Under the pieces are notes generated by a model that was given only the letters and a program-made list of their open reading frames with translations, was not told the origin of the DNA and made no database searches. Positions 38,627 through 48,635 of a DNA stretch of 64,000 nt are shown here, piece after piece; within the stretch, counting starts at the first letter, position 1, and the number at the start of each line of letters is the position of its first letter. The DNA comes from Microcoleus sp. (GTDB lineage: Bacteria > Cyanobacteriota > Cyanobacteriia > Cyanobacteriales > Microcoleaceae). The DNA is taken from positions 3,264,001 to 3,328,000 of the forward strand of contig CP181291.1 in assembly GCA_052279835.1 (NCBI GenBank). The letters are read 5' to 3'. The position numbers and the translations under genes are program-made.

Positions 38627-39454
38627 ATGGCGAATCAACTTCCAATTCCGGTGATTGTTAACGGTGCCGCAGGCAAAATGGGCCGCGAAGTAATTAAGGC
38701 GATCGCCAACGCTCCAGACCTCACCCTATTCGGGGCCATAGACCACTCTCCTGAAGTCCTCAACGCCGATGCCGGAGAATTAGCAGGGGGCGGGCCGTTG
38801 GAAGTTCCCATTACCGACGATTTGCAAGGAATGCTGGTATTAGCAGCCCAGGAAAAACAGCCAGGGGTGATGGTAGATTTTACACACCCGAAGTCGGTTT
38901 ACGAAAATGTGCGATCGGCTATAGCCTACGGCATTCGTCCCGTCGTCGGCACCACTGGTTTGAGTACCGAGCAAATTCAAAAATTAGCTGAGTTTGCCGA
39001 CAAAGCCAGCATTGGCTGTCTAATTATACCCAATTTTTCCATCGGCATGGTTCTACTACAACAAGCCGCTGTCACAGCATCTCAATATTTTGAACACGTA
39101 GAAATTATCGAACTCCATCACAATCAAAAAGCCGATGCACCCAGCGGTACTGCCATTCAAACTGCCCAAATGCTAGCAGAAATGGGAAAAACATTCAATC
39201 CCCCACAGGTAGAAGAAACCGAAAAATTGCAGGGAGCTAGAGGCTCTTTAGCCGACGAAGGAATTCGGATTCACAGCATCCGCTTACCCGGTTTAATTGC
39301 TCACCAAGAAGTAATTTTTGGCGGCGAGGGTCAAGTTTATACTTTACGTCACGACACGAGCGATCGCGCTTGTTATATGCCCGGAGTCGTGCTATCTATA
39401 CGCAAAGTAATTGAATTGCGATCGCTAGTTTACGGATTGGAAAAAATACTCTAG
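38627..39454 (+). CDS. dapB: 4-hydroxy-tetrahydrodipicolinate reductase
   Basis: [28 protein letters not shown]. Confidence 0.96.
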   Translation: MANQLPIPVIVNGAAGKMGREVIKAIANAPDLTLFGAIDHSPEVLNADAGELAGGGPLEVPITDDLQGMLVLAAQEKQPGVMVDFTHPKSVYENVRSAIAYGIRPVVGTTGLSTEQIQKLAEFADKASIGCLIIPNFSIGMVLLQQAAVTASQYFEHVEIIELHHNQKADAPSGTAIQTAQMLAEMGKTFNPPQVEETEKLQGARGSLADEGIRIHSIRLPGLIAHQEVIFGGEGQVYTLRHDTSDRACYMPGVVLSIRKVIELRSLVYGLEKIL

Positions 39455-39530
39455 GGAATCGGGGAATGGGGAATTGGGAATGGGGAATGGGGAATGGGGA
39501 ATGGGGAATTGGGGATGGGGAATTGGGAAT
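39454..39530. repeat. STRR heptamer array (GGGGAAT x11)
   Basis: Direct reading; inverted relative to 39943-40019. Confidence 0.9.
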
Positions 39531-39544
39531 AGAGGGGTGTAGAT

Positions 39545-39925
39545 ATGAGTAGACCAGATTTTGAGGATTTGGATGTTTACAAGTTGGCTGAAAAGTTAGC
39601 AAACGAGGTTTGGTTTATCGTCAAACAATGGGATTATTTCACAAAAGATACTATGGACCAGCAAATTGTACGCTCCGCCGATAGTGTTTGTGCTAATATC
39701 GCAGAAGGACGAGGCAGATATAATCATCAAGACAATCGGCGCTTTATTAAAATTGCCAGAGGCTCTTTATATGAAACAATCAGTTGGTTGAGATTGGCAT
39801 ACGCCAGACAGTTGTTAGCAGATGAACAAGTAAAAAAACTTCAACCAATAATTGATGAACTGCCACCCAAACTCAATGCTTATCTAAACTCAATAGGTGA
39901 CAAAAAAGATCGAATGAGTGATTAA
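39545..39925 (+). CDS. Four-helix-bundle protein (23S rRNA IVP / TIGR02436-like)
   Basis: FEDLDVYK, QIVRSADSVCANIAEG, FIKIARGSLYE. Confidence 0.92.
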   Translation: MSRPDFEDLDVYKLAEKLANEVWFIVKQWDYFTKDTMDQQIVRSADSVCANIAEGRGRYNHQDNRRFIKIARGSLYETISWLRLAYARQLLADEQVKKLQPIIDELPPKLNAYLNSIGDKKDRMSD

Positions 39926-39942
39926 AAACTTGAGACACATAG

Positions 39943-40019
39943 CCAATTCCCCATCCCCCATCCCCCAATCCCCAATTCCCAATTCCCAATTCCCCATTCC
40001 CCATTCCCAATTCCCCATT
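39943..40019. repeat. STRR heptamer array (ATTCCCC x~11)
   Basis: Reverse complement of the 39454-39530 array. Confidence 0.9.
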
Positions 40020-40724
40020 ATGCTAATTCCCCTAACCCGCGAAACATTTCAAGAACTAATTCCCGCCGTCGCCACGGGAGCTCAATACAAATATTTCTGG
40101 GGAAAACCACCAGACTTTCTCAGAAGAATGCTAATCTCTGCTGTCGCCGTAGTTTTTCTAGTTGTCCTCTACAACTTCGCCGGTTCCGATGTCGGGCCCC
40201 TAGTATTAATCACCGGACTAATCGCAGGTTTGTACTGGTTGTGGGGACCAATTTTGTGGGCCAGTTTGCGGAATGCAGAATGCCGCAAATATAAATATTG
40301 CGGTTTTTGGCAAGGACGAGTTTTGGATATATACATCACAGATGAAGTCACAAGTCAAGAAGAAACAGTCAACCAAAAAGGACAATTAGTAATAGTAGAC
40401 AACTTAGAACCGCGAATTAACTTAGAAGTCGGCGACAAAACCGGATTTACAACTACACTACAAGCCCCATTGCAGAAAAGCCACCAAGGAATTGTCCCCG
40501 GCCAAGCTGCTTTGATGTTAATCATGTCAAATCAAGAAGATTTGGGCAGAATTGCCAAAGTTTCAGATATTTACATTCCCAGCCGCGAAGTGTGGGTAAG
40601 CGACTATCCTTATTTGCGTAAAGATGTATTTATTGAAATGAGCGAACAGATTAAAAAAGGTAGGAAAAAAGACCGCGATCGTGATAATAGAAGCACAAAA
40701 AGGCGATCGCCCGCTGATTATTAA
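40020..40724 (+). CDS. Conserved cyanobacterial membrane protein
   Basis: ATG 40020 MLIPLTRETFQELIP..., two TM helices, WVSDYPYL. Confidence 0.8.
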   Translation: MLIPLTRETFQELIPAVATGAQYKYFWGKPPDFLRRMLISAVAVVFLVVLYNFAGSDVGPLVLITGLIAGLYWLWGPILWASLRNAECRKYKYCGFWQGRVLDIYITDEVTSQEETVNQKGQLVIVDNLEPRINLEVGDKTGFTTTLQAPLQKSHQGIVPGQAALMLIMSNQEDLGRIAKVSDIYIPSREVWVSDYPYLRKDVFIEMSEQIKKGRKKDRDRDNRSTKRRSPADY

Positions 40725-40739
40725 TCCGACTTAAGCGCG

Positions 40740-41080
40740 GGTTGGTGGCCAGAAACCGGGTTTTTGCCAGAGTCTTTGTGACGACACGGAAATTTGATAA
40801 AAAACCCGGTTTCTTGCAATCGCCGGGGCCTTTAAATTCCGTTTGATTAACACAATCACCCGGCGGTTTAAACCGCGTCTACATAAACAAAACCCACCTC
40901 CGTGGGTTGAAGATTTCATCCAATTATTTTCCATCAACCCGGCGGTTTAAACCGCGTCTACATAAACAAAACCCACCTCCGTGGGTTGAAGATTTTACCC
41001 AATTATTTTCCATCCCCAAATACCATCTTCGTCCGCGGAGGCGGACATCGTTTGTGTAGCCGCGGTTTCCAACCGCCGGG
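40740..41080. repeat. REP cluster including a 79-bp tandem duplication and an inverted copy
   Basis: AGAAACCGGGTTTTT/AAAAACCCGGTTTCT; 40858-40936 repeated from 40937. Confidence 0.8.
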
Positions 41081-41150
41081 GCCTCCGCAACCCCAAACTT
41101 GCATTCCCCCCACAAACAATGTAAAATATCCCAAACATGGGTTGTAAAAC

Positions 41151-44100
41151 ATGAACGAAAAACGCCGCGAAGCCTATCTCACCCTCATCCAATCTCTCCT
41201 CAACTCCCCAGAAGACGAACAAATCACCATCCTCCAAGCCAATCTCGAATTATTAGACGATGGTTTTGCCCAATATTTGCGAGAATGGGCCACTCAAACC
41301 CTCGCAGCAATAAAGTCAGAGGAAGCATACAACTTTGCGGATAATCTCTACAGTTTTAATATTACAATTTCCAGTTTTCCCCTAGGAAGTCGCGCCGCTA
41401 ATATAGAAATTGCGATTGCTTGTTTAGAAGTCGGATTAATTATTTTTACTCGCGAAGCTTACCCAAAAGATTGGGGATACAATCAAAACAGTCTGGGTAT
41501 TAAATACAAAGACAGAATCAAGGAAGACAAAGCCGAGAATATCGAAAAGGCGATCGCCTGTTATCAAGCAGCTTTAGAAGTTTACACCCGCGCCGCTTTT
41601 CCCCAACAATGGGCGATGACTCAAAACAATTTAGCAACTGCTTACTATAGCAGAATCAAGGAAGACAAAGCCGAGAATATCGAAAAGGCGATCGCCTGTT
41701 ATCAAGCAGCTTTAGAAGTTTACACCCGCGCCGCTTCTCCCCAACAATGGGCGATGACTCAAAATAATTTAGCAACTGCTTACTATAGCAGAATCAAGGA
41801 AGACAAAGCCGAGAATATCGAAAAGGCGATCGCCTGTTATCAAGCAGCTTTAGAAGTTCGTACCCGCGCCGCTTTTCCCCAACAATGGGCGATGACTCAA
41901 AATAATTTAGCAACTGCTTACAGTGACAGAATCAAGGAAGATAAAGCCGAGAATATCGAAAAGGCGATCGCCTGTTATCAAGCAGCTTTAGAAGTTTACA
42001 CTCGCGCCGCTTCTCCCCAACAATGGGCGATGACTCAAAATAATTTAGGAAATGCTTACAGTGACAGAATCAAGGAAGACAAAGCGGAGAATATCGAAAA
42101 GGCGATCGCCTGTTATGAATTGGCTTTAGAAGTTCGTACCCGCGCCGCTTCTCCCCAACAATGGGCGATGACTCAAAATAATTTAGCAACTGCTTACAGA
42201 AACAGAATCAGGGAAGACAAAGCCGAGAATATCGAAAAGGCGATCGCCTGTTATGAATTGGCTTTAGAAGTTCGTACCCGCGCCGCTTCTCCCCAAGATT
42301 GGGCGATGACTCAAAATAATTTAGGAAATGCTTACAGTAACAGAATCAAGGAAGATAAAGCCGAGAATATCGAAAAGGCGGTCTCATGTTATCAAGCAGC
42401 TTTAGAAGTTCGTACCCCTACAACCTTACCTCTTAGCTGTCTGAACACAGCGCGAAACTTAGGCGATTTAGGATTTACAGAAAATTTGTGGGAAACAGCC
42501 ATCTTCGGCTACGAAAAAGCCATCGAAGCAGTCGAACAAAGCCGCGAGTGGATAGCCTCGGAAAACCGCAAATTAGAAATCATCGAAGAAAACCTCAACA
42601 TCTACGAAAAAATGATGCAATCCTGCATCAACCACCAACAATATCACAAAGCAATTCAAACAATCGAACGCAGCAAATCCCGCTACCTAGTCGAACTCTT
42701 CACCAACAGCGAAATCTACCCCAAAACCGCCACCGCCACCGAAAAACAGCAACTCAGAGACTTGCGCAGCCAAATCGCCTCCCTCCAAAAATCCCTAGAA
42801 ACCCAAACCCCTATCTCCCCTCTTCCCACCCCTGTTTCCCCTCTTCCTCCCCCCCTTACCAAGGGGGTGCCGGGGGGGGGTTCCAGACTCTCCCTCCCAA
42901 CGCACAACCCAAACCCGCCCTCACACTCCCGAATTATCCCAACAACAAGAAAAATTAGTAACAGCATTACAGCAACTAGAACAATTCCTAGAAACCTTCA
43001 AACAACGAGAACCAGAATTCAAACTAACTCAAAAAATCCAACCCATAGACATCAACAAATTCCAGAAAACATTAGACCCCAAAACCGCCATCATAGAATG
43101 GTACATCGGCAACAACTCCAACTCCAACTCCCCCCTTCTTAAGGGGGGTCGGGGGGGATCAGAACCCAGCATCACCAACAACTCCAACTCCGATGATAGC
43201 TGGGGGGGATTTGCATTCATCCTCACCCAAAACAACATAGAATTAGTCACCTACACCACAACCGAAATAGCCGAATTAGAAACCTGAAAAAACAACTATC
43301 TCGACGAATACCGCGACCAAAAAACCAACAAAACCTGGCAACAAACCCTCTCCCAAAAACTAGAACAACTCTCACAAATCCTGCGCCTCAACGAAATAGT
43401 CGCCAAAATCCCAGCTACTAGCAAACAACTAATCCTAGTACCCCACCGCTACCTGCACCTATTCCCCCTCCACGCCCTACCATTAGAGGGCGGGCACGCA
43501 CCATCCACCGCCCCTACAGATTCGGGCGGGCACGGGGGCACGGGCGGGCACGGGGGCACGGGCGGGCACGCACCATCCACCGCCCCTACAAGGAACCTCC
43601 TCGACGGCTTCCCAGAGGGTGTGAAATATGCCCCCAGTTTGCAACTACTGGAACTTGTAAAAAACCGCATCAACACCAGAAAATCTACCCCAAAAAATCA
43701 ACAACAACTATTCGCCCTCCAGAATCCCACCGAAGATTTATTCAACGCGGATATGGAAGTAGAAACCATCAAAACCGGATTCAATCCCCATCAAATTTTA
43801 CTCAGAAAACAAGCCACAAAAATCGCCCTCAACCAAAACCAAGAAAACCTGGTAAATTCGACTTACCTGCATTTTTCCTGTCACGGTGTCTTCGAGTTTG
43901 ACTATCCGCTGCTGTCATCCCTAGTCTTAGCCGATTCCCTGGAACCGGTATTAGAAATTAACCCCCCCCAACCCCCCCTTAGTAAGGGGGGGCTAACAGA
44001 AGAAAATGTTCTTGCTAAGGGGGGGCTAAGAGAAGAAGAGGGGCTAGAAACCAAGCGTTACGTCACTCTACGCAGCGGCAGAAAAGCCATCCCCGAAAAA

Positions 44101-44541
44101 TGCCTCACCCTGCGCGAAATCTTTGGCGAATTGCTGTTACCGCAGTGCAGTCTCGTCACCCTTTCCGCCTGCGAAACCGGGCTAACCAGTTCAACCGCAA
44201 TGACGGATGAGTACATTGGTTTACCCAGCGGTTTCTTGTATGCCGGTAGCATGAATGTTGTCAGCAGTCTGTGGGCGGTGGATGATTTTGCTACGGCTAT
44301 TTTGATGATTAAATTTTATCAGGAATTACCCCAGGCAGATTCGGTGGCGATTGCTTTGAATGCGGCACAAAACTGGATGCGCGCTGTGACTCGCGAGGAT
44401 TTTGAAGTTTGGATAGGATTGTTAAAAATAGATAAAAAATCGATGAAAACAGTCAAAGAGTGGTTAAGCTATTCATCAAAGGATAAACCACCATTTAAAG
44501 ACCCCGAATATTGGGCAGCATTCTGTGCTACTGGATACTAG
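41151..44541 (+). pseudogene. TPR-repeat CHAT (caspase-like) protease, interrupted
   Basis: 46-aa TPR repeats, ERSKSR, VPHRYLHLFPLHAL, HFSCHG, LSACETG, SSLWAVDD, YWAAF. +1 frameshift at the G9 run (42872-42880) and in-frame TGA at 43285-43287. Confidence 0.88.
41513..42416 (+). repeat. 138-bp near-identical coding tandem repeats (about 6.5 copies)
   Basis: CAGAATCA at 41513, 41651, 41789, 41927, 42065, 42203, 42341. Confidence 0.92.
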
Positions 44542-44928
44542 GGGACAGCATTGAGGCAATACTCTCTTACTCGTTCCCAGGTTCTGCCTGGTAACGCAGA
44601 TCATGAGGCTCTGCCTCCAAATTTTATGCTATAAAAGCGAGGCAGAAACAAGCGAGGCAGAGCCTCTAGACATCGGTTACCAGGCAGAGCCTGGGAACCA
44701 GTTAAAACCACCATTTAAAGACCCCGAATATTGGGCAGCATTCTGTGCTACTGGATACTAGGGGACAGCATTGAGGCAATACTCGCTTACTCGTTCCCAG
44801 GTTCTGCCTGGTAACGCAGATCATGAGGCTCTGCCTCCAACTTTTATGCTATAAAAGCGAGGCAGAAACAAGCGAGGCAGAGCCTCTAGACATCGGTTAC
44901 CAGGCAGAGCCTGGGAACCAGTTAAAAC
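44485..44928 (+). repeat. 220-bp tandem duplication of the CHAT 3' end plus REP element
   Basis: 44485-44708 versus 44705-44928, two mismatches seen. Confidence 0.9.
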
Positions 44929-44946
44929 AACCCTAACATTTTATTA

Positions 44947-45321
44947 ATGGAGAATTGTTCTATGACTCTTGACAAAGATATAACAAGCTTTATCTACTTA
45001 CTTAACGAAGAACCGGAAATTTTTCAGCCGACAGCATGGCAAGATTTACCCAAATTAAACACAGATATACTAAAGTTAGAAAACAATGAATCTTCCATTG
45101 CCCAAACAATCAAAGATTGGTGTATAGAACACAACTTGGGGAAAATATTAAGAGATTGTGTGCGGAAAGAAGTTGATGATCCGGGCGAACCCACCCCAAC
45201 GACAATGCAGCCACTAACCAATATCACTCAAACTCTGCGTACCAGCATCGAAGAAAGTTACAAAAAGCTTCAAGAAAGCGCAGCGGAAAATCAATCAGAT
45301 AAAAGCAATGACTCCAAGTAG
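44947..45321 (+). CDS. Small hypothetical protein downstream of the CHAT gene
   Basis: 124-aa helical ORF overlapping the next gene by 14 nt. Confidence 0.75.
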   Translation: MENCSMTLDKDITSFIYLLNEEPEIFQPTAWQDLPKLNTDILKLENNESSIAQTIKDWCIEHNLGKILRDCVRKEVDDPGEPTPTTMQPLTNITQTLRTSIEESYKKLQESAAENQSDKSNDSK

Positions 45322-46846
45322 CAAAATCTATGCCCCTAACGTTTATCTGTTTGCCTTTCACCCCTGCAACGCCCTAGAATCACAGTCAAATTCCCCCGTG
45401 GAATTCGCCAGTTTGTGGCAGAAGTGCAATGAAATTTTGCAAACTAAGCTAGCAGTCACTAACAAATTTAATGACAGCTATTTCCACAAAAAAGATGAAC
45501 CTGTCGGCCGGCGTGTTAACTTAATTGATAAATCAAAAGTTAACAACCGCAATTCTCTGCCCTTTGCTAAAGAGATTTTGGTTGAAAATCAGCAATTTAT
45601 TGTCAAGGGCTTCGCGGCACCGATGCGAATTGACGACAGTTATGCCTTGGGTTTGCAAATTCGGATTCCCGAAAAAGATGGAGGCATTAAAACACCTCTT
45701 GTGGATGTTAGCATCTTGAAGCAGTTTAATCCCGGCGACTGCTTGCTACCAAATTTTGTGCAGAGTTATTTCGGGCAAACTCTGCTGATTACGGCTTGGC
45801 TGAGTGTGGAACAAAATCAGGCGGCGCGGGAAGATTCGCAGTTTATTAAAAAATTAGGCAAACAGTGTCTGGAAAATTTGATTTCTGGCGATAATCTCCC
45901 GGATTTCTGTCGTCAAGGCGAGTTATTCGGTAGTCCAATTTTGGAATATGGATCTCTCAACGAGCCCGATGGTAACTGTCACGTTATTATCTGGTTTTTC
46001 AACAGTCCCACTACTGATGATATCTGGGATGAGACGCGCTACAGCGATTTTATGGATTTGTTTTTGTACCGCCATAAGATTCTGCGGGCTTATCAGGATA
46101 GCCGCAAGCTTTACGCGGTGATTCGCGAGGAATACAAGCATATTCAATTGGATATTGACAAGACTTTTGACTATTTGGAACGGGATAGGGCCCAGCAACG
46201 ACAATCGAAAGGTGCGGGTTTAAATGAGGAGGAATTGGAATATCTGGAAACTCAGATGATTAAGCTGCCACAGCGGGCTGTCAAGTATGCCCGGATGCTT
46301 AGTGATTTGCAGTTTCGCGAAAATACGATCGCCATTAATGCCCAAAATTACCAAGATAAATTAAATCAAATAAGTCTTGACATCACAGCTAGTAAAAAGT
46401 ATAATGATAGTGATGCCGATTTAAGTTTTCTCGCAACATTCAGTACGCAAAATTGCCCTCGGTTTCAAAGGCAAATTCAGGCAGACTTAGGTTATTTCCA
46501 ACACGGTTCGGCGTTGCTAGATAAGGCAATGGAAGCAATTAGAGGCGTAGTGGCGATCGAAGAAGCTTATCGCGACAAGAAACTTGAAGTCACGATTCAA
46601 GCAGTGGGCTTTGGTTTGGGAGTAGCGGGAGTAGTGGCTGGTGGCGCTCCTTATTTGATTAAACAAGACGCGCCCGATCGCAAATTTTACTTGCCATTAT
46701 TGACGAATGTTGAAATTCATCCTTTTGTATTAGTGCTGTTGATTAGTTTGGGCGCCGGTGGTGCAGTGTGGTTTGTGTTGATGTTTGGAATCAAAATCAA
46801 GCAACTACTGCCTAAAATCAAGCAGCAGTTGCCACCTTTCAGGTAA
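45308..46846 (+). CDS. Hypothetical protein with long helical domain and two C-terminal TM helices (CATRA/CorA-like topology)
   Basis: 512 aa; LFLYRHK...NTIAINAQNY...QIQADLGYF; TM segments AVGFGLGVAGVVAG and FVLVLLISLGAGGAVWFVLMF. Confidence 0.7.
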   Translation: MTPSSKIYAPNVYLFAFHPCNALESQSNSPVEFASLWQKCNEILQTKLAVTNKFNDSYFHKKDEPVGRRVNLIDKSKVNNRNSLPFAKEILVENQQFIVKGFAAPMRIDDSYALGLQIRIPEKDGGIKTPLVDVSILKQFNPGDCLLPNFVQSYFGQTLLITAWLSVEQNQAAREDSQFIKKLGKQCLENLISGDNLPDFCRQGELFGSPILEYGSLNEPDGNCHVIIWFFNSPTTDDIWDETRYSDFMDLFLYRHKILRAYQDSRKLYAVIREEYKHIQLDIDKTFDYLERDRAQQRQSKGAGLNEEELEYLETQMIKLPQRAVKYARMLSDLQFRENTIAINAQNYQDKLNQISLDITASKKYNDSDADLSFLATFSTQNCPRFQRQIQADLGYFQHGSALLDKAMEAIRGVVAIEEAYRDKKLEVTIQAVGFGLGVAGVVAGGAPYLIKQDAPDRKFYLPLLTNVEIHPFVLVLLISLGAGGAVWFVLMFGIKIKQLLPKIKQQLPPFR

Positions 46847-46848
46847 TA

Positions 46849-47472
46849 TCAACTATTCCCCTCTTGGCCGTAAGCCTGCCAAGCCAAATCCACCAGCCCA
46901 TTCACAATCGCCACCGCCACCACCGCCGAACCCTTGCGCCCCTCAATCCGAATATGAGGAATCATCGAATCGTGTAAGCGAGACTTAGCCACATCCACCC
47001 CCACAAACCCAGAAGGAGTCCCAATCACCAAAGCAGGGCGAATTTCCTCAGCCTCAATTAAATCGACAATCGCCGACAGAGAAGTTTGAGCTTGGCCAAC
47101 TACAAAAATTCCCTCTGGATAGCGTTTAGCCAAGGTTTCAATCCCCCAAGCAGCCCGCGTTTTTTCCTTTTGAGGGCGCGTCAAAGCTTCCATGGAACAG
47201 TACACCGGATTGGCAAACGTACTTTGGAGCAGTGGCGTAATCCCCACCTGGACCATGGGCACATCTACCACAATCGTAGTCCGAGCAGCCAAAGCAGCCG
47301 CCCCAGCTTGCAAAGCCTGATCGGAAAAACTGATTAAAGACTTATACTCAAAATCAGCGGTTGCATAAATTACACGGCGGACAATTTCATATTCCGCCGC
47401 CGAAAAACCATGATCGCCAATTTCGCTATCGATTAATCCCAGACTCTGGGCATCGCTTAAGTGCCATTCCAT
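46849..47472 (-). CDS. cobH: Precorrin-8X methylmutase (CobH/CbiC)
   Basis: From ATG 47472: IVRRVIYATADF, VVDVPMV, IGTPSGFV, GRKGSAVVAVA. Confidence 0.85.
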   Translation of the reverse strand: MEWHLSDAQSLGLIDSEIGDHGFSAAEYEIVRRVIYATADFEYKSLISFSDQALQAGAAALAARTTIVVDVPMVQVGITPLLQSTFANPVYCSMEALTRPQKEKTRAAWGIETLAKRYPEGIFVVGQAQTSLSAIVDLIEAEEIRPALVIGTPSGFVGVDVAKSRLHDSMIPHIRIEGRKGSAVVAVAIVNGLVDLAWQAYGQEGNS

Positions 47473-47573
47473 GTGTTGAATAGCTGTCGCCTGTGAATTA
47501 TCAAGTATCAGCTTATCAGCTTTTAGTGATTGGTTAACTGCCAACTACCAACTGCCAACTGCCAAGGTAGAAA

Positions 47574-48404
47574 CTAAGTTTCTGATGAGGGTGAGGACTT
47601 GCCGAGTACGGGAGTGAGGAATGCCACCAAAGCCCCGATCGCAAAACCAGCCACATTACGCACCAAAGGCAACCACTCAGAAGTCCGAATCACCACAGGG
47701 CCAACACCGAAGGCAAAAAACAAGATGCCCCACAGAGGCGAAAAAATCAGCGCCCACTGCCAAGCCACCAACTGTTCCGGTTTCCGTGGTTGAGCTGCAA
47801 AGCCGCAGATGACCCCGCCTAGCACCGAAGAAATTAAAGTCAAAATCCACTGTTCCCTAGGCAAACCGGGAACCACGCGACATCCACCTTGACGGAGACA
47901 ACCTTCGATCGACTCCAAAGATTCAATAATCGCTCGATCTTCGCCATTGTCCCGCACAAAAAACTGATTACCGTAGCGGGTTTGCAGTTCCACCCAAAAA
48001 GTGCGCGGCAACAGAGGATACAAAGAATCTCCCACATTAAAGTTGAGGAGATTGCCACCTCGCGGATCGGCAACTAACAGCACACTCTTTTGATCTAAGC
48101 CCCAATAATCTTTGACAGCCAAACCAGGGGTGCGATCGTACTGAGTCAGCACTCGCAACTTCCAGCCAGTTTCCGCCTCAAAGGCACTTAAATTTTTTGC
48201 CAAGTCCTGTTCTTCAATCTCTGTAAGGGCTTTAGCTAAGTCAATGATCGGAGTCTGAATTTCGGGCAACAAATCAGGATTGTTGAAAGCATGGGCCGCA
48301 GGTGCGATCGCCCACAGGGACAAAGCCAGGAAAAAAGCAGCAGCAGAGGCTAGAAATTTGCGTGAGAAAAACTGTGACATAGGAAGTTCTAATCTGGGTC
48401 TCAA
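47574..48404 (-). CDS. TPM-domain thylakoid protein
   Basis: Signal peptide, FEAETGWKLRVLTQYDRTPG, three C-terminal TM helices. Confidence 0.82.
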   Translation of the reverse strand: MRPRLELPMSQFFSRKFLASAAAFFLALSLWAIAPAAHAFNNPDLLPEIQTPIIDLAKALTEIEEQDLAKNLSAFEAETGWKLRVLTQYDRTPGLAVKDYWGLDQKSVLLVADPRGGNLLNFNVGDSLYPLLPRTFWVELQTRYGNQFFVRDNGEDRAIIESLESIEGCLRQGGCRVVPGLPREQWILTLISSVLGGVICGFAAQPRKPEQLVAWQWALIFSPLWGILFFAFGVGPVVIRTSEWLPLVRNVAGFAIGALVAFLTPVLGKSSPSSET

Positions 48405-48635
48405 TTGTGAATGCTAGCTGGCAGTCTTAACCAGAGGATAAGAGAAAACTCATATTTCTTTACAATTATTTACTTTACAGGAAGCGGGGGGGAAGGGGAA
48501 GAGTTGGGATCGGGAAAGTTTGGAACAGGAAAGGGGCATCGGATATCGGGCGTTGGTGTTAAATCACCACACTCAACAGCCAATTGTGGGCATGGCGACT
48601 GCCCACAGCCCACTCCTACTGCCAAAAATCACCGG

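Noticed and set aside
39918..40019. N-terminal extension of the 268-aa ORF
   Set aside because: It is translated STRR sequence; ATG 40020 is the likely start.
43621..44541. Independent 306-aa CHAT gene
   Set aside because: The frame is open upstream to the TGA at 43285 and CHAT motifs precede the GTG, so it is a fragment of the larger pseudogene.
39545..44928. Diversity-generating retroelement (Avd-like gene plus duplicated gene end)
   Set aside because: No reverse transcriptase; the duplicated coding part is identical, with no adenine-specific variation.
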